Part shown: piece by piece, positions 46,429 to 55,934 of the stretch
Layout of the letters: the number at the start of each line of letters is the position of its first letter
Position numbering within the stretch: the first letter of the stretch is position 1
DNA from: Myxococcota bacterium
GTDB lineage: Bacteria; Myxococcota_A; Polyangia; Nannocystales; Nannocystaceae
Assembly (NCBI GenBank): GCA_039028615.1
Contig: JBCCHT010000003.1
Coordinates: 288,001-352,000, forward strand
DNA length: 64,000 nt
Direction of reading: 5' to 3'
The notes under the pieces: generated by a model
Seen by the model: the letters and a program-made list of their open reading frames with translations, nothing else
What the model was told of the DNA's origin: nothing
Database searches by the model: none
Program-made: the position numbers and the translations under genes

Positions 46429-47315
46429 GCCGCTCGCTCTCGTGCCTGCCGCTGGCCCTCGGCCTGGCGATGGGCTGCGCCCCGACCTTCGAGGATCGAC
46501 CCTGGCGGGTGGACGAAGCACGTGTACTGGCCGTCGCCGCCACTCCGGCCGAGGCTCGCCCCGGCGAAGGGGTCACGCTGACCGCGTTGGTGGCCGATCC
46601 CGACGGCGAGGTGCCCCTCGCTCCGCAATGGACGGTCTGCACGCAGCCGCGCAGCATCGACGAGCGGACGGGTGTCAGCCGCGAGTGTGCGCTGGGCACG
46701 GCGCTCATGCCCGTCGGCAATCCGGCCTTCATCCCCGGCGGTGCCTGTGCGCTCTTCGGCCCCAATCCCCCGCCCGTAGTCGGTGACGAGCCGCCGCGGC
46801 GCCCCGCCGACCCCGATCCCAGCGGCGGCTACTTCCTTCCGGTCGGCGTGGGCGTGTCGAGCCTCGAGCTCCAGGGCTTCGGCTTCGTGCGCCTGCGCTG
46901 CGACCTGGCGGGAGCGACCCGAGCCGTCTTCGACGACTGGGAGCAGCGCTATGCATCGAACCTCGAGCCCAGCGTCGAAGGGGTGTCGCTCCTCGACGTC
47001 GGCGGCACGTCGGTCGGCCCCGGTGAGACCGTGACGCTCGAGGCCGTCATCGATCCGAGCGCCGCCGAGCCCTATGTCGTCTACGACGCCAGCCTGGGCG
47101 CCATTGTCGATCGCCGCGAGGTCCTCACCGTGCACTGGTACGTGACCGACGGGGAGCTCGATCGCGGTCGACAGACCTGGGACGGCGACGACGCTTCCCC
47201 GCCCGCGGTGCAGTGGCGAGCGCCCGAGACCGAGGCCTCCGTGGCGGGCTGGGTGGTCGTGGTCGACGACCGCGGCGGCACGAGCTGGGCGAGCTTCGCC
47301 GTCGAAGTCCGCTGA
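46425..47315 (+). CDS. Hypothetical lipoprotein, TBDR partner
   Basis: Lipobox AMGC. RVLAV.ATP.E at the N-terminus, and WYVTDG and DDRGG..W at the C-terminus. Overlaps the TBDR stop. Confidence 0.78.
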   Translation: MSRSLSCLPLALGLAMGCAPTFEDRPWRVDEARVLAVAATPAEARPGEGVTLTALVADPDGEVPLAPQWTVCTQPRSIDERTGVSRECALGTALMPVGNPAFIPGGACALFGPNPPPVVGDEPPRRPADPDPSGGYFLPVGVGVSSLELQGFGFVRLRCDLAGATRAVFDDWEQRYASNLEPSVEGVSLLDVGGTSVGPGETVTLEAVIDPSAAEPYVVYDASLGAIVDRREVLTVHWYVTDGELDRGRQTWDGDDASPPAVQWRAPETEASVAGWVVVVDDRGGTSWASFAVEVR

Positions 47316-47337
47316 GCGGCTGTCGCTCGTGCGCGTC

Positions 47338-48072
47338 TCAGCTCTCGGGCGGCACGAACTTGTACCCGGCCCCGCGCACGGAGACGAAGTAGCGGGGCTT
47401 TTTCGAGTCGGCTTCGAAGTGCCGGCGCAGCCGCATGATGAAGTTGTCGACCATGCGGCGGTTCGGGTAGTTCTGGAGCTTCCAGACCTTCTCTTGCAGC
47501 TCGACCCGGCTGAGCACGCGCCCGGGGTTCTCGGCGAAGTAGCGCAGCAGGTCGAGCTCGAGCTTGGTGAGCTGGACCTCCTTGCCGTCGACGTCGACCT
47601 TGTGGGTGTCGAAGTCGATCGTGGCATTGCCCAAGACGAGCGGGCCGGCCTCGGCCTCGCCGTTCTTGCCCTGCTCCCACGACCGTCGGCGCAGCAGCGA
47701 GCGCACGCGGGCGAGCAGCTCGGACAGCTCGAAGGGCTTGGTGACGTAGTCGTCCGCGCCCACGTTGAGGCCCTCGACGCGATCGTCGACCGAGTCCCGG
47801 GCGGTGAGCATCAGGACGGGGGTGAGGTCTCCGGCGTCGCGCAGCTTCTGGCACAGGGTGAAGCCGTTCACGTCGGGCAGCATGACGTCGAGGATGATCG
47901 CGCCGTAGCGCCCCGCGGCGAGCATCTTGTTGGCCGCTTCGCGGCCAGAGCTGGCGATGTCCACCGAGTAGCCTTCGAGCTCGAGGTTGAGCTTGATGCC
48001 GGCCGCGAGGTGCTGCTCGTCCTCGACCAGCAGCAAGCGGATGGTGGGGGCCGCGGGAGTCATCTTGCTCAT
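47338..48072 (-). CDS. OmpR-family response regulator
   Basis: LLVEDE, ILDVMLP, LTA, GADDYVTKPF and wHTH VRGAGYKF. Confidence 0.95.
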   Translation of the reverse strand: MSKMTPAAPTIRLLLVEDEQHLAAGIKLNLELEGYSVDIASSGREAANKMLAAGRYGAIILDVMLPDVNGFTLCQKLRDAGDLTPVLMLTARDSVDDRVEGLNVGADDYVTKPFELSELLARVRSLLRRRSWEQGKNGEAEAGPLVLGNATIDFDTHKVDVDGKEVQLTKLELDLLRYFAENPGRVLSRVELQEKVWKLQNYPNRRMVDNFIMRLRRHFEADSKKPRYFVSVRGAGYKFVPPES

Positions 48073-49058
48073 GTCGAAGCTGCTTCGTCGGAGTCGATGG
48101 TGGGGAAGCGGGCGCTCTCGCCCTTGCGACGGCCGGAGGCGCGGGTGCGCAGCAAGATCTCCATGCGGGTGCCCTTGCCGACGCCCTCGGAGTGGGCGCG
48201 GAGCCGGCCTCGCAGGCCTCGAACGAGCGCCGCCACCACGAACAGACCCAGGCCCGTGCCCCGACGCTTGCGCACGTCTTCGTCGTCGACGCGGTAGAAG
48301 CGATCGAAGACCCGCTTGAGGGCGTGGCGGGGGATGCCCACGCCGTTGTCGTAGACGTCGATGTGCAGTCCCCCCTTGGCGGAGGGGCTGGCGCGCACGC
48401 CGACCTGACGGGGCGGATCGGAGTACTTGACCGCGTTGTCGAGCAGGTTGCGGACGATCACCTCGAGCGCCACCGGGTCGGTCTCCAGCGAGGTGCCGCT
48501 GGGGATCTCGACCTCGATCGAGCCGGGCTCGAGGTGGTGCCGCTTGCTCACGTGGCTCACGCAGCGCTCGACGAGGGTCTGGAGGTCGACGTCCTCGATG
48601 CGGCGCGCCTCGGCCCCCTGGCCCAGGCGGTTGGACTCGAGGATGTCGTCGATGAAGGCCGACAGCCGGTCGACGTCGTCGAGCATCATGCCGCGCAGCT
48701 GCTCCCGCTGGTCGGTCTGGAGCTCCTGGCGGGCCATGGTCTGGAGGCATAGCCGCAGCGAGGCGAGCGGGCTGCGCAGCTCGTGGGTCACCGAGTCGAT
48801 GAAGGAAGTGTGTCGACGCACCTCGATGATCTCGCGGGCGAGGAACACGGAGAACAGCACCAGCACCGTCATGATGGCGACGAAGCTGACGATGCCCACC
48901 ACCATCAGCCAGGCGTTGCCCTCCCAGTTCTGAGTGAGCACCTGGTTGCGGTAGATCACCAGGATCCAGCCCACCAGCAGGGCGGTGGTGAGGACCACCG
49001 AGATCGAGCTGAGGATGATGGGCCCGGAAATGGACCGGGTGCGGTTGCGTCGGCTCAT
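48069..49058 (-). CDS. Sensor histidine kinase
   Basis: Two TMs with a short loop. H-box THELRSPL, N-box NLLDNAVKY, DNGVGI and GTGLGL. Confidence 0.95.
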   Translation of the reverse strand: MSRRNRTRSISGPIILSSISVVLTTALLVGWILVIYRNQVLTQNWEGNAWLMVVGIVSFVAIMTVLVLFSVFLAREIIEVRRHTSFIDSVTHELRSPLASLRLCLQTMARQELQTDQREQLRGMMLDDVDRLSAFIDDILESNRLGQGAEARRIEDVDLQTLVERCVSHVSKRHHLEPGSIEVEIPSGTSLETDPVALEVIVRNLLDNAVKYSDPPRQVGVRASPSAKGGLHIDVYDNGVGIPRHALKRVFDRFYRVDDEDVRKRRGTGLGLFVVAALVRGLRGRLRAHSEGVGKGTRMEILLRTRASGRRKGESARFPTIDSDEAAST

Positions 49059-49254
49059 GGCCAGGTCCCCACGGGCGGATTCCCACGGCCCCCTACATGG
49101 GGGCCCCTCGGGCCGGGATGGCGACAAGGCCTCGACACCCCACAGGTTTAGCACCACGGGGCAATCCCCGGCCGCGGGGTGGGTGAAATGCAGGCCGGTC
49201 CGTGGTACTCAAGCTTTTGAGGTTGCCGACAGCGGCCCCTCACAAGGAGCACAC

Positions 49255-49563
49255 ATGGCCTTCGTCGTCACCTCGAACTGCAAAGGATGTCGTTACACGG
49301 ACTGCGTCGCCGTTTGTCCGGTGGAGTGCTTTCACGGTGACAAGGAGATGCTCTACATCGACCCCGACGAGTGCATCGACTGTGGCGCCTGCGTGCCGGA
49401 GTGCCCGGTCGAGGCCATCTTCGACGAGACCGAGCTCCCCGAGGATCAGACCGACTGGATCCAGATCAACGCCGACAAGGCGCCCGATCTGCCCAGCGTG
49501 ACCGAGACCGACACGCCTCTGCCCACGGCAGACGACCGGCGCAAAGAACTCGGCTTCGGTTAG
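49255..49563 (+). CDS. fdxA: Dicluster ferredoxin, FdxA type
   Basis: C..C.YTDCV.VCPV and ECIDCGACVPECPVEAI. AGGAG RBS. Confidence 0.93.
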   Translation: MAFVVTSNCKGCRYTDCVAVCPVECFHGDKEMLYIDPDECIDCGACVPECPVEAIFDETELPEDQTDWIQINADKAPDLPSVTETDTPLPTADDRRKELGFG

Positions 49564-49617
49564 CCGGGCTGTTGCGTTTCGCCCCATCACGAGAGCACCG
49601 CGGGGTTGCACTCGTGT

Positions 49618-49645
49618 GGTCGAGGCTTCGATCGGAGCCTCGACC
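49618..49645. terminator. Near-perfect palindrome downstream of fdxA
   Basis: GGTCGAGGCTTCGA / TCGGAGCCTCGACC. Confidence 0.45.
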
Positions 49646-49744
49646 CTGAAATTCTGTTCAAGACCACCCGGTCGACGTCGCATTCGGAGCTGAAGCGGCG
49701 CGATCGGGCGTGAGCTGTGGACGAGACTCTGGTAGGTCTCGGGC

Positions 49745-50554
49745 ATGGACGAGACGCTCAAGGAGCTCACCCCGACTCTGCTGGACTACGGCGTACGCAT
49801 CATCGGCGTACTCGTAGCGTTGTGGTTGGCCTTCCGTATTGCACGGTGGGCGGAGAAGCGAGTCGTCTCGGTCCTCAAAGCGCGCAGCTTCGATGAAGCG
49901 CTGACCCTCTTCTTCGGCAGCCTCACGCGCTGGCTGCTCATCGTCGCCGCGCTCATCGCCTGCCTCGGCGTCTTCGGCATCCAGACCACGAGCTTCGCGG
50001 CCATCTTGGGTGGCGCGACCTTGGCCGTCGGTCTCGCCTTCCAGGGCACGCTGTCGAACTTTGCGGCCGGAGTCATGCTGCTGACCTTCCGTCCCTTCAA
50101 GATCGGCGACTTCGTCGACATCTCCAGCCAGCAGGGCCACGTCGCCGAGATCGGCTTGTTCACGACCGCGCTCGATACTCTGGACAACCGCCGGATCATC
50201 ATCCCCAATAGCGGGATCATCGGCACCACCATCCAGAACTGGACGCACAACGACAAGCGCCGCGTGGACATCGATGTGGGCGTCTCCTACGAGGCCGACC
50301 TCGACAAGGTCCGCGAGGTGCTCGACGCCGCCGGAGCCAGCGTGCCGGGCCGCGATCCCGAAGCGGGCCACGAGATCATCCTGCTGGGGCTCGGCGCCAG
50401 CTCCGTCGACTGGCAGGTCCGCGTCTGGTGCGACCCCGCCGACTACTGGGCGGTGTGGGATCAGACGATCCGCTCGGCCAAGCAGCACCTGGACAACGCC
50501 GGCATCTCCATCCCGTTCCCGCAGATGGACGTGCACATGGACAAGTCGGCCTGA
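49745..50554 (+). CDS. mscS: Small-conductance mechanosensitive channel
   Basis: GLAFQGTLSNFAAG, RPFKIGD, IPN and ISIPFPQ. Confidence 0.94.
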   Translation: MDETLKELTPTLLDYGVRIIGVLVALWLAFRIARWAEKRVVSVLKARSFDEALTLFFGSLTRWLLIVAALIACLGVFGIQTTSFAAILGGATLAVGLAFQGTLSNFAAGVMLLTFRPFKIGDFVDISSQQGHVAEIGLFTTALDTLDNRRIIIPNSGIIGTTIQNWTHNDKRRVDIDVGVSYEADLDKVREVLDAAGASVPGRDPEAGHEIILLGLGASSVDWQVRVWCDPADYWAVWDQTIRSAKQHLDNAGISIPFPQMDVHMDKSA

Positions 50555-50629
50555 CCCGCGACGTTCGGTCGGTAAAAACGGACGCCCTGTCATGCTTGCA
50601 TGGCAGGGCTTCGCTACGCTTGGCGGGTC

Positions 50630-51868
50630 ATGCCCAGCCAAGCGCTCACCTTCGACAACGGGCGAGGCCAGCGCCTGTCGGCTCGCCTCGACCTGCCCGA
50701 CGCTCGCCCGCAGGGCTATGCCGTGTTCGCGCACTGCTTCACGTGCAGCAAGAACCTGCAGGCCAGCGCCTCGATCAGCCGCGCGCTGTCGGCCGCGGGC
50801 TACGGCGTCCTGCGCTTCGACTTCACTGGCTTGGGGGCGAGCGAGGGCGAGTTCTCGGAGTCGAGCTTCTCGGCCAACGTCGCCGACCTGGTCGCGGCGG
50901 CGCAGTATCTCGAGCGTGAGCACCAGGCGCCGCGGCTGCTGGTCGGGCACTCGCTGGGGGGCGCGGCCGTGCTGCGGGCGGCCGCTTCGCTGCCCTCGGT
51001 GCAGGCGGTGGCCACCATCGGCGCGCCCGCGCACCCCGAGCACGTCACCCAGCTGTTCCGCTCGAGCCGCGAGCAGATCGAGCACGAGGGCTGCGCCGAG
51101 GTCGAGCTGGCGGGGCGCTCGTTCTCCATCACCAAGGACTTCGTCGACGATCTGCAAGAGCAGCCCATGCGCGAGGCGATCGCGGGCCTCGGCCGGGCGC
51201 TGCTGGTGCTGCATGCTCCGCTCGACGACACCGTCGGGGTCGACAACGCCACGAAGATCTTCAGCCACGCCAAGCACCCCAAGAGCTTCATCTCGCTGCA
51301 CGGGGCCGACCACCTGCTCACCCGGCGAGAGGACGCGGCCTTTGCCGGCACCATGATCGGGGCCTGGGCGGCGCGCTACGTGAGCCCTGCGCCCGCCGAC
51401 GAGGACGCGCCCGCACCCGCGGTGGGAGAAGAGGTCGTCGTGCGCGGTCCGACCCAGGGCTTCCGCACCGAGATCGACGCGGCCGGGCATGCCCTGGTCG
51501 CCGACGAGCCGCGGTCGCTGGGCGGGACCGATACGGGGGCCGGGCCCTATGGCTTCGTCTTGGCCGGTCTCGGGGCGTGCACCGCGATGACCCTGCGCAT
51601 GTATGCCGATCGCAAGGGCTGGCCGCTGGTTCGTGCCGACGTGCGGTTGCGCCACGACCAGATCCACGTGAAGGATTGCGAGGGGTCGGCTGACGGCAAG
51701 CCGCGACGACTCGATCGCATCGAGCGGCAGCTGGAGCTGCGGGGGCCGCTCGACGACGAGCAGCGGGCGCGCTTGCTGCAGATCGCCGACCGCTGTCCCG
51801 TCCATCGCACGCTGAGCTCGGAGATTCGCATCGAGACTCGGCTCGCCGACGAGGACCACGATGGATGA
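50630..51868 (+). CDS. Bifunctional alpha/beta hydrolase-OsmC protein
   Basis: AHCFTCSK, GHSLGG and ADHLL. OsmC domain DEP...GG.D.G, LGACTAMT and CPVH. Confidence 0.93.
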   Translation: MPSQALTFDNGRGQRLSARLDLPDARPQGYAVFAHCFTCSKNLQASASISRALSAAGYGVLRFDFTGLGASEGEFSESSFSANVADLVAAAQYLEREHQAPRLLVGHSLGGAAVLRAAASLPSVQAVATIGAPAHPEHVTQLFRSSREQIEHEGCAEVELAGRSFSITKDFVDDLQEQPMREAIAGLGRALLVLHAPLDDTVGVDNATKIFSHAKHPKSFISLHGADHLLTRREDAAFAGTMIGAWAARYVSPAPADEDAPAPAVGEEVVVRGPTQGFRTEIDAAGHALVADEPRSLGGTDTGAGPYGFVLAGLGACTAMTLRMYADRKGWPLVRADVRLRHDQIHVKDCEGSADGKPRRLDRIERQLELRGPLDDEQRARLLQIADRCPVHRTLSSEIRIETRLADEDHDG

Positions 51869-52277
51869 GGCGGGCCTGTGGCTCACGCCGCTGGCGCTGC
51901 TCCCCGGGGTGGCGCTGCTGGTGATGTCGACGGCCGCGCGCTTCGGACAGCTGCACGCCGAGCTGCATCACCACCTCGACCACGGGCGCGGCAAGGGGCT
52001 GCCCGGGCGTCTATTCGATCGGGCCGTCTTGCTGCGCAACGCGCTGGTCGGCCTGTATGTCGCGGTGGCCTGCCTGTCGCTGGCCAGCCTCGTGGGCGGC
52101 GTGGCGGCCTTGTGGATGAACGACGTGCTCGTGCCAGTCGTGGCCCTGACCGCGCTGTCGGTGCTGTGCGTGGCCTTCTCGTCCGTGCTGCTGATTCGCG
52201 AGTCGCGGATGCTGCTCGAGATCATTCGCGATCACGCCCGCGATGCCGAGGCGATCGGCGAGCGTCCCGAGGCCTGA
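51861..52277 (+). CDS. DUF2721-like small membrane protein
   Basis: PGVALLVMST..R start, three TMs, and LIRES ending. Confidence 0.7.
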   Translation: MDEAGLWLTPLALLPGVALLVMSTAARFGQLHAELHHHLDHGRGKGLPGRLFDRAVLLRNALVGLYVAVACLSLASLVGGVAALWMNDVLVPVVALTALSVLCVAFSSVLLIRESRMLLEIIRDHARDAEAIGERPEA

Positions 52278-53040
52278 GCCAGGCGACGAACAGCAGCAGC
52301 CACGGGCCCAGGCCCGTCGGGCTCGAGCCGTTGCGGCAGCCGCAGCCCTGGCTCGGGGCCGGGTCGTCCTGGCTGGCTCCCGTCGTGGCGGGGGTCGAGC
52401 CCGTGCTGCCGTCGCCGGTCGATCCGCCGAAGGTGCTCCCGCTTGCACCCGTGCTCGAGCCGGTGGCTCCGGCCTCGTCGCCCGACGCTCCCGTGTCCCC
52501 GTCGCTGGTGGCGGGCGGGGGCCCGCACTCGGCTTTGCCCCCGTCGAGCATGACGCAGCTGTGCTCACAGATCTGAAGCTCGGTGGTGGTGGCGCCGTTG
52601 GCCGCACACTGGAGGATGGCCGGGCCGAGGCAGAGCAGCTGACCCGGCGTGCAGTAGTCGGGCTCGCACTCGCCCCGCAGGCAGAACTCGGGCTCGGGGC
52701 AGTGCTCGTCGACGGTGCACTCGAGGCAGGTCGAAGTCTCGAGGTTGCAGACCCCTCGCCCGCCGATGTCTTCGCACTCGTCGTCGCTACGGCAGGTGTC
52801 TTCGCAGATCTGCCGCTCGCCGCACGACCAGCCCTCGTCGCAGTGTTCGTCACCCAGGCACTGCACACACTCGCCGCTATTGGTGTCGCAGTGCGGCCGG
52901 TCGGGGAAGATGTCGCAGTCGGCCATGCGGTCGCAGCTGGGCGCCACGCCGATCTCGAACATCGGAGGCTCGATGAAGGCGTCGTGGGGCTGCGGACCGC
53001 CCATCGCCAGCGCGAGGGCCAAGCTGGCGACGCTGGTCAT
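52222..53040 (-). CDS. Cys-rich surface protein with MYXO-CTERM sorting signal
   Basis: Repeated C..DEHC/C..DDEC units, Ser/Thr/Gly linker, then GCGC, a hydrophobic segment and an Arg-rich tail. Confidence 0.8.
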   Translation of the reverse strand: MTSVASLALALAMGGPQPHDAFIEPPMFEIGVAPSCDRMADCDIFPDRPHCDTNSGECVQCLGDEHCDEGWSCGERQICEDTCRSDDECEDIGGRGVCNLETSTCLECTVDEHCPEPEFCLRGECEPDYCTPGQLLCLGPAILQCAANGATTTELQICEHSCVMLDGGKAECGPPPATSDGDTGASGDEAGATGSSTGASGSTFGGSTGDGSTGSTPATTGASQDDPAPSQGCGCRNGSSPTGLGPWLLLFVAWLRPRDARRSPRHRGRDRE

Positions 53041-54929
53041 CAGCCGGGCACTTCGCAGGGGTAGGGCTCGACGCCGGGCACGGCCTCCACGAAGTCGGCT
53101 TCCTCCACGCGGCTGACGATCGAGTCGGGGTCCTCGACGGCGCGGCTGAACCAGTCGCGCATGGTCTCGCCATCGACCTCGCCGACCCACAGATCGGGGC
53201 GGATGCTGACGACGTGGACGCTCTGGTCGGAGACGCTGGTGAAGTAGTAGGAGATGCCAGGCAGGTCGCGGGTGTCGCAGTAGGACTGCCGCATCGTGTT
53301 GATCCAGAACGCCTCGTCGTCGAAGAAGGCATCACCCTGCTGGGTGGCGTCGACGGGGTTGCTGAGGATCAGCATCTGCTGCTCGGGCACCTGCTTGAGT
53401 CGCGGGGAAAGGGCGTCGTAGATCACCGGGCCCACCGCGCACTCGCCCGCGAAACAGTAGGGCGGGAGGTTCTCGACGGTGCCCCAGGCGGGAATCTTGA
53501 GCAGGCCCAGGCCGCTGACGCCCAGGGTGGAGCCGTTGTCGAGGGCGAGGCCGGCGTCGGGGAAGGCGATGGTGCGCGGCCACTGCAGATCGTCGAGTAG
53601 CCAGTGATAGTTGTACAGCGTGCCGTAGGCCCCCGCCGACCACCCGCCGAAGAACGCGACCACCTCGTCGGGGCGGAAGCCGTCGCCGCCCTCTTGTTCG
53701 TCCATCATCTGCCAGATCACGTCGCGGGTCATCTGGACGGCGGCTCGCAGGTTGACCGCGCCGTAGCGGGGCAGCGACAGATCGCCGAGTTCCTCGTCCA
53801 CGCCGCCGCCGGCAAAGACGTCCTGGTTGCAGTAGGGCAGGTAGATCTTCGTCCAGTTGGCGAACTCGCTGACGTTGGGATCGTCGGACGCGATGCCCAG
53901 GCCGATCGGCTCGTCGTCCATTGCGTTGAACAGACCGGGCTGGGACATCATGCGGGCGGTGCAGTCGTCCTCGAACAGGCACACGCCGCCGCCCTGCAGG
54001 CCGATGAGGACGCGGTCGAGGGGTTGGCCCTCGGGGGCGAGCTGGATCTGGAAGGCGTAGTCGCTACCGTCACCGCACTGGGTGCCCCACTGCTCGCTGT
54101 CCACCACGATCTGGGTCCACTCGCCGCGCGGGGCGGTGAACTGGGCGTGGGTGGGACCGCACTCGAGTCCGATGTCGCCGGGGGCCGGGTGCCCGCTGGC
54201 GGTGAGGCAGTCGACCTGGCCCGCCGCACGCTCGACATAGGTGGCGGGGCTGACCGCGATGACGGCCGACATGTCGCCGCAGGCGCCCTCGATGGCAGAC
54301 TGGGCGTCGGCGAGCAGAGCGTCGCGCTCGCCCTGGAGGGTGCCGGCGTCGCAGTCTCCCGCGCCGAGGCACTGGCCGATGGCGCCGAGCGAGTCGAACA
54401 CGAAGCCGGTCGCGGTCTCGTGCGCGCTGGCCAGGCAGGCGCGGTCGTTGGCGTCGGCCTCGGGCCAGACGGCGCCTTGGGGGCCACCAAAGGTACGCCA
54501 CGCGAGCGAAGAGGCCTCCGACTCGCAGGCGTTGCGCAGGCGGCCGACCACCGCGTCGGTGCTCAGCGAGAGGAATTCGGCGTCGCCGCAGCTGGCCTCG
54601 ATGCTCGCCTGCAGGTCGTCGAGCGCGGTCGCGGTGGAGGCATCGTCGCTGGCACACGCGGCATCGCTCGCCTCGTAGCAGGCCCGGGTGGCATCGCCGT
54701 AGCGGGCGACGCAGGTGCCCAGGGCTTCGAGCGCCGCCTCCGAGCAGGTCGCGGGCACGGGCTCGCCCGAAGAGCTCGAGTCGGCGGGTGAGGCGGTTTC
54801 GTCCCCGGTGGCGCTTCCGGTCGTGGTGTTGTCGGATGGCGTCGCCGTGGAGTCATCGTCCGCGCACCCGACCAGGCTCGCGGCCAATAGTGCGAACGAC
54901 AACGGGCGAAACGAACCTGTAAGCTGCAT
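53040..54929 (-). CDS. Pectinacetylesterase/Notum-family hydrolase lipoprotein
   Basis: Lipobox LVGC. CGDGS, LQGGGVC, YLPYC..D, GWSAGAYG, D.G and late His. Confidence 0.83.
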   Translation of the reverse strand: MQLTGSFRPLSFALLAASLVGCADDDSTATPSDNTTTGSATGDETASPADSSSSGEPVPATCSEAALEALGTCVARYGDATRACYEASDAACASDDASTATALDDLQASIEASCGDAEFLSLSTDAVVGRLRNACESEASSLAWRTFGGPQGAVWPEADANDRACLASAHETATGFVFDSLGAIGQCLGAGDCDAGTLQGERDALLADAQSAIEGACGDMSAVIAVSPATYVERAAGQVDCLTASGHPAPGDIGLECGPTHAQFTAPRGEWTQIVVDSEQWGTQCGDGSDYAFQIQLAPEGQPLDRVLIGLQGGGVCLFEDDCTARMMSQPGLFNAMDDEPIGLGIASDDPNVSEFANWTKIYLPYCNQDVFAGGGVDEELGDLSLPRYGAVNLRAAVQMTRDVIWQMMDEQEGGDGFRPDEVVAFFGGWSAGAYGTLYNYHWLLDDLQWPRTIAFPDAGLALDNGSTLGVSGLGLLKIPAWGTVENLPPYCFAGECAVGPVIYDALSPRLKQVPEQQMLILSNPVDATQQGDAFFDDEAFWINTMRQSYCDTRDLPGISYYFTSVSDQSVHVVSIRPDLWVGEVDGETMRDWFSRAVEDPDSIVSRVEEADFVEAVPGVEPYPCEVPG

Positions 54930-54962
54930 TTTTGCAGCCTAACACGGTTTGGCGGCCGAGCT

Positions 54963-55910
54963 TCAGGTCACGACCTCGAACAGCTGCTCGTAGGGCAAGT
55001 CGGAGCCGAGCGCGGCGAGTCGCTCCATGCAGTGCGCGTCGATCCTCGCCTGCTGCTCTCGAGACAACAGCTCGTCGGTGGCGCCCGACTTGCCCGCCCG
55101 CACCATCGTGCCCTGGCCCTTGGTGAAGCGCATGCGCGGCGGCGCGAACTTGCTCTCGTGGGCTCGCATGTATTCGAAGGAGCAGCGCTCGACGACCTTG
55201 GCGTGTTGCTCGTCGCTCAGCCGTACGCGCATGGTCTGCGCCGTCTTGCGCACCATGCCGCCGAGGTCGGCCCGGAGCTGGGCGAAGGGCATGACCAGCA
55301 CGTTGGGCCGATCGCGGATGGCCCAGTAGCCCGCCGCGTGCTCGGGCCAGGGGCCCACCGGAAACTCGTCGGCGATGAAGATGTCGAGCCACTCTTCCAG
55401 CGAGATGGAGTCGTACAGGTCGAAGACGCCGAACAGAAAGTAGTAGCTCGAGACGAAGACTTCCTTGGGGTCCCGGAGCACGGTCAGGTAGGTCGCGTCC
55501 TCGGAGTAGGGGACGAGAGGCTGGCGCAAGGCGGTCTTGATCAGGCGCTTGCCCGTCGGTGAATCGCGCTGAGGTCCCGGATCGTCGAGCGCCACGACGC
55601 CCGAGAAATGGGCCTCGGGCCACGCGACGCGCTCGTGGATGTGGTCGAACTCCGCCTCTCCGTAGTGCGAGATCTGCTGGGCCATCTGCATTGCCCAATT
55701 GGTGCCCGACTTGGAGTAGGTCGCGATGAAGACGTCGTGCTCGGTGGGCTCGTAGCGAGCGAAGACCTTGGCGCCCGCCTCGTCGGTGGCTGCTTTGCCC
55801 AGCACGCGGCGAATGAGCCAGCTCGCGCACCCGAACGCACGAGCGAGGCGCATGACGGCGGCGATGGCGGTGTTGGGGCTGAGCAGGGGCGCTTCGGTGA
55901 ACGATCCCAT
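54963..55910 (-). CDS. PAPS-dependent sulfotransferase (cytosolic SULT-like)
   Basis: DVFIATYSKSGTNW (5'-PSB), RDPKEVFVS (3'-PB), and VRAGKSG. Confidence 0.85.
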   Translation of the reverse strand: MGSFTEAPLLSPNTAIAAVMRLARAFGCASWLIRRVLGKAATDEAGAKVFARYEPTEHDVFIATYSKSGTNWAMQMAQQISHYGEAEFDHIHERVAWPEAHFSGVVALDDPGPQRDSPTGKRLIKTALRQPLVPYSEDATYLTVLRDPKEVFVSSYYFLFGVFDLYDSISLEEWLDIFIADEFPVGPWPEHAAGYWAIRDRPNVLVMPFAQLRADLGGMVRKTAQTMRVRLSDEQHAKVVERCSFEYMRAHESKFAPPRMRFTKGQGTMVRAGKSGATDELLSREQQARIDAHCMERLAALGSDLPYEQLFEVVT

Positions 55911-55934
55911 GATGTCGCGGCGGAGGGGAGCAGT

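Noticed and set aside
49658..51886. 742-aa minus-strand ORF
   Set aside because: Antisense to mscS and the hydrolase-OsmC gene.
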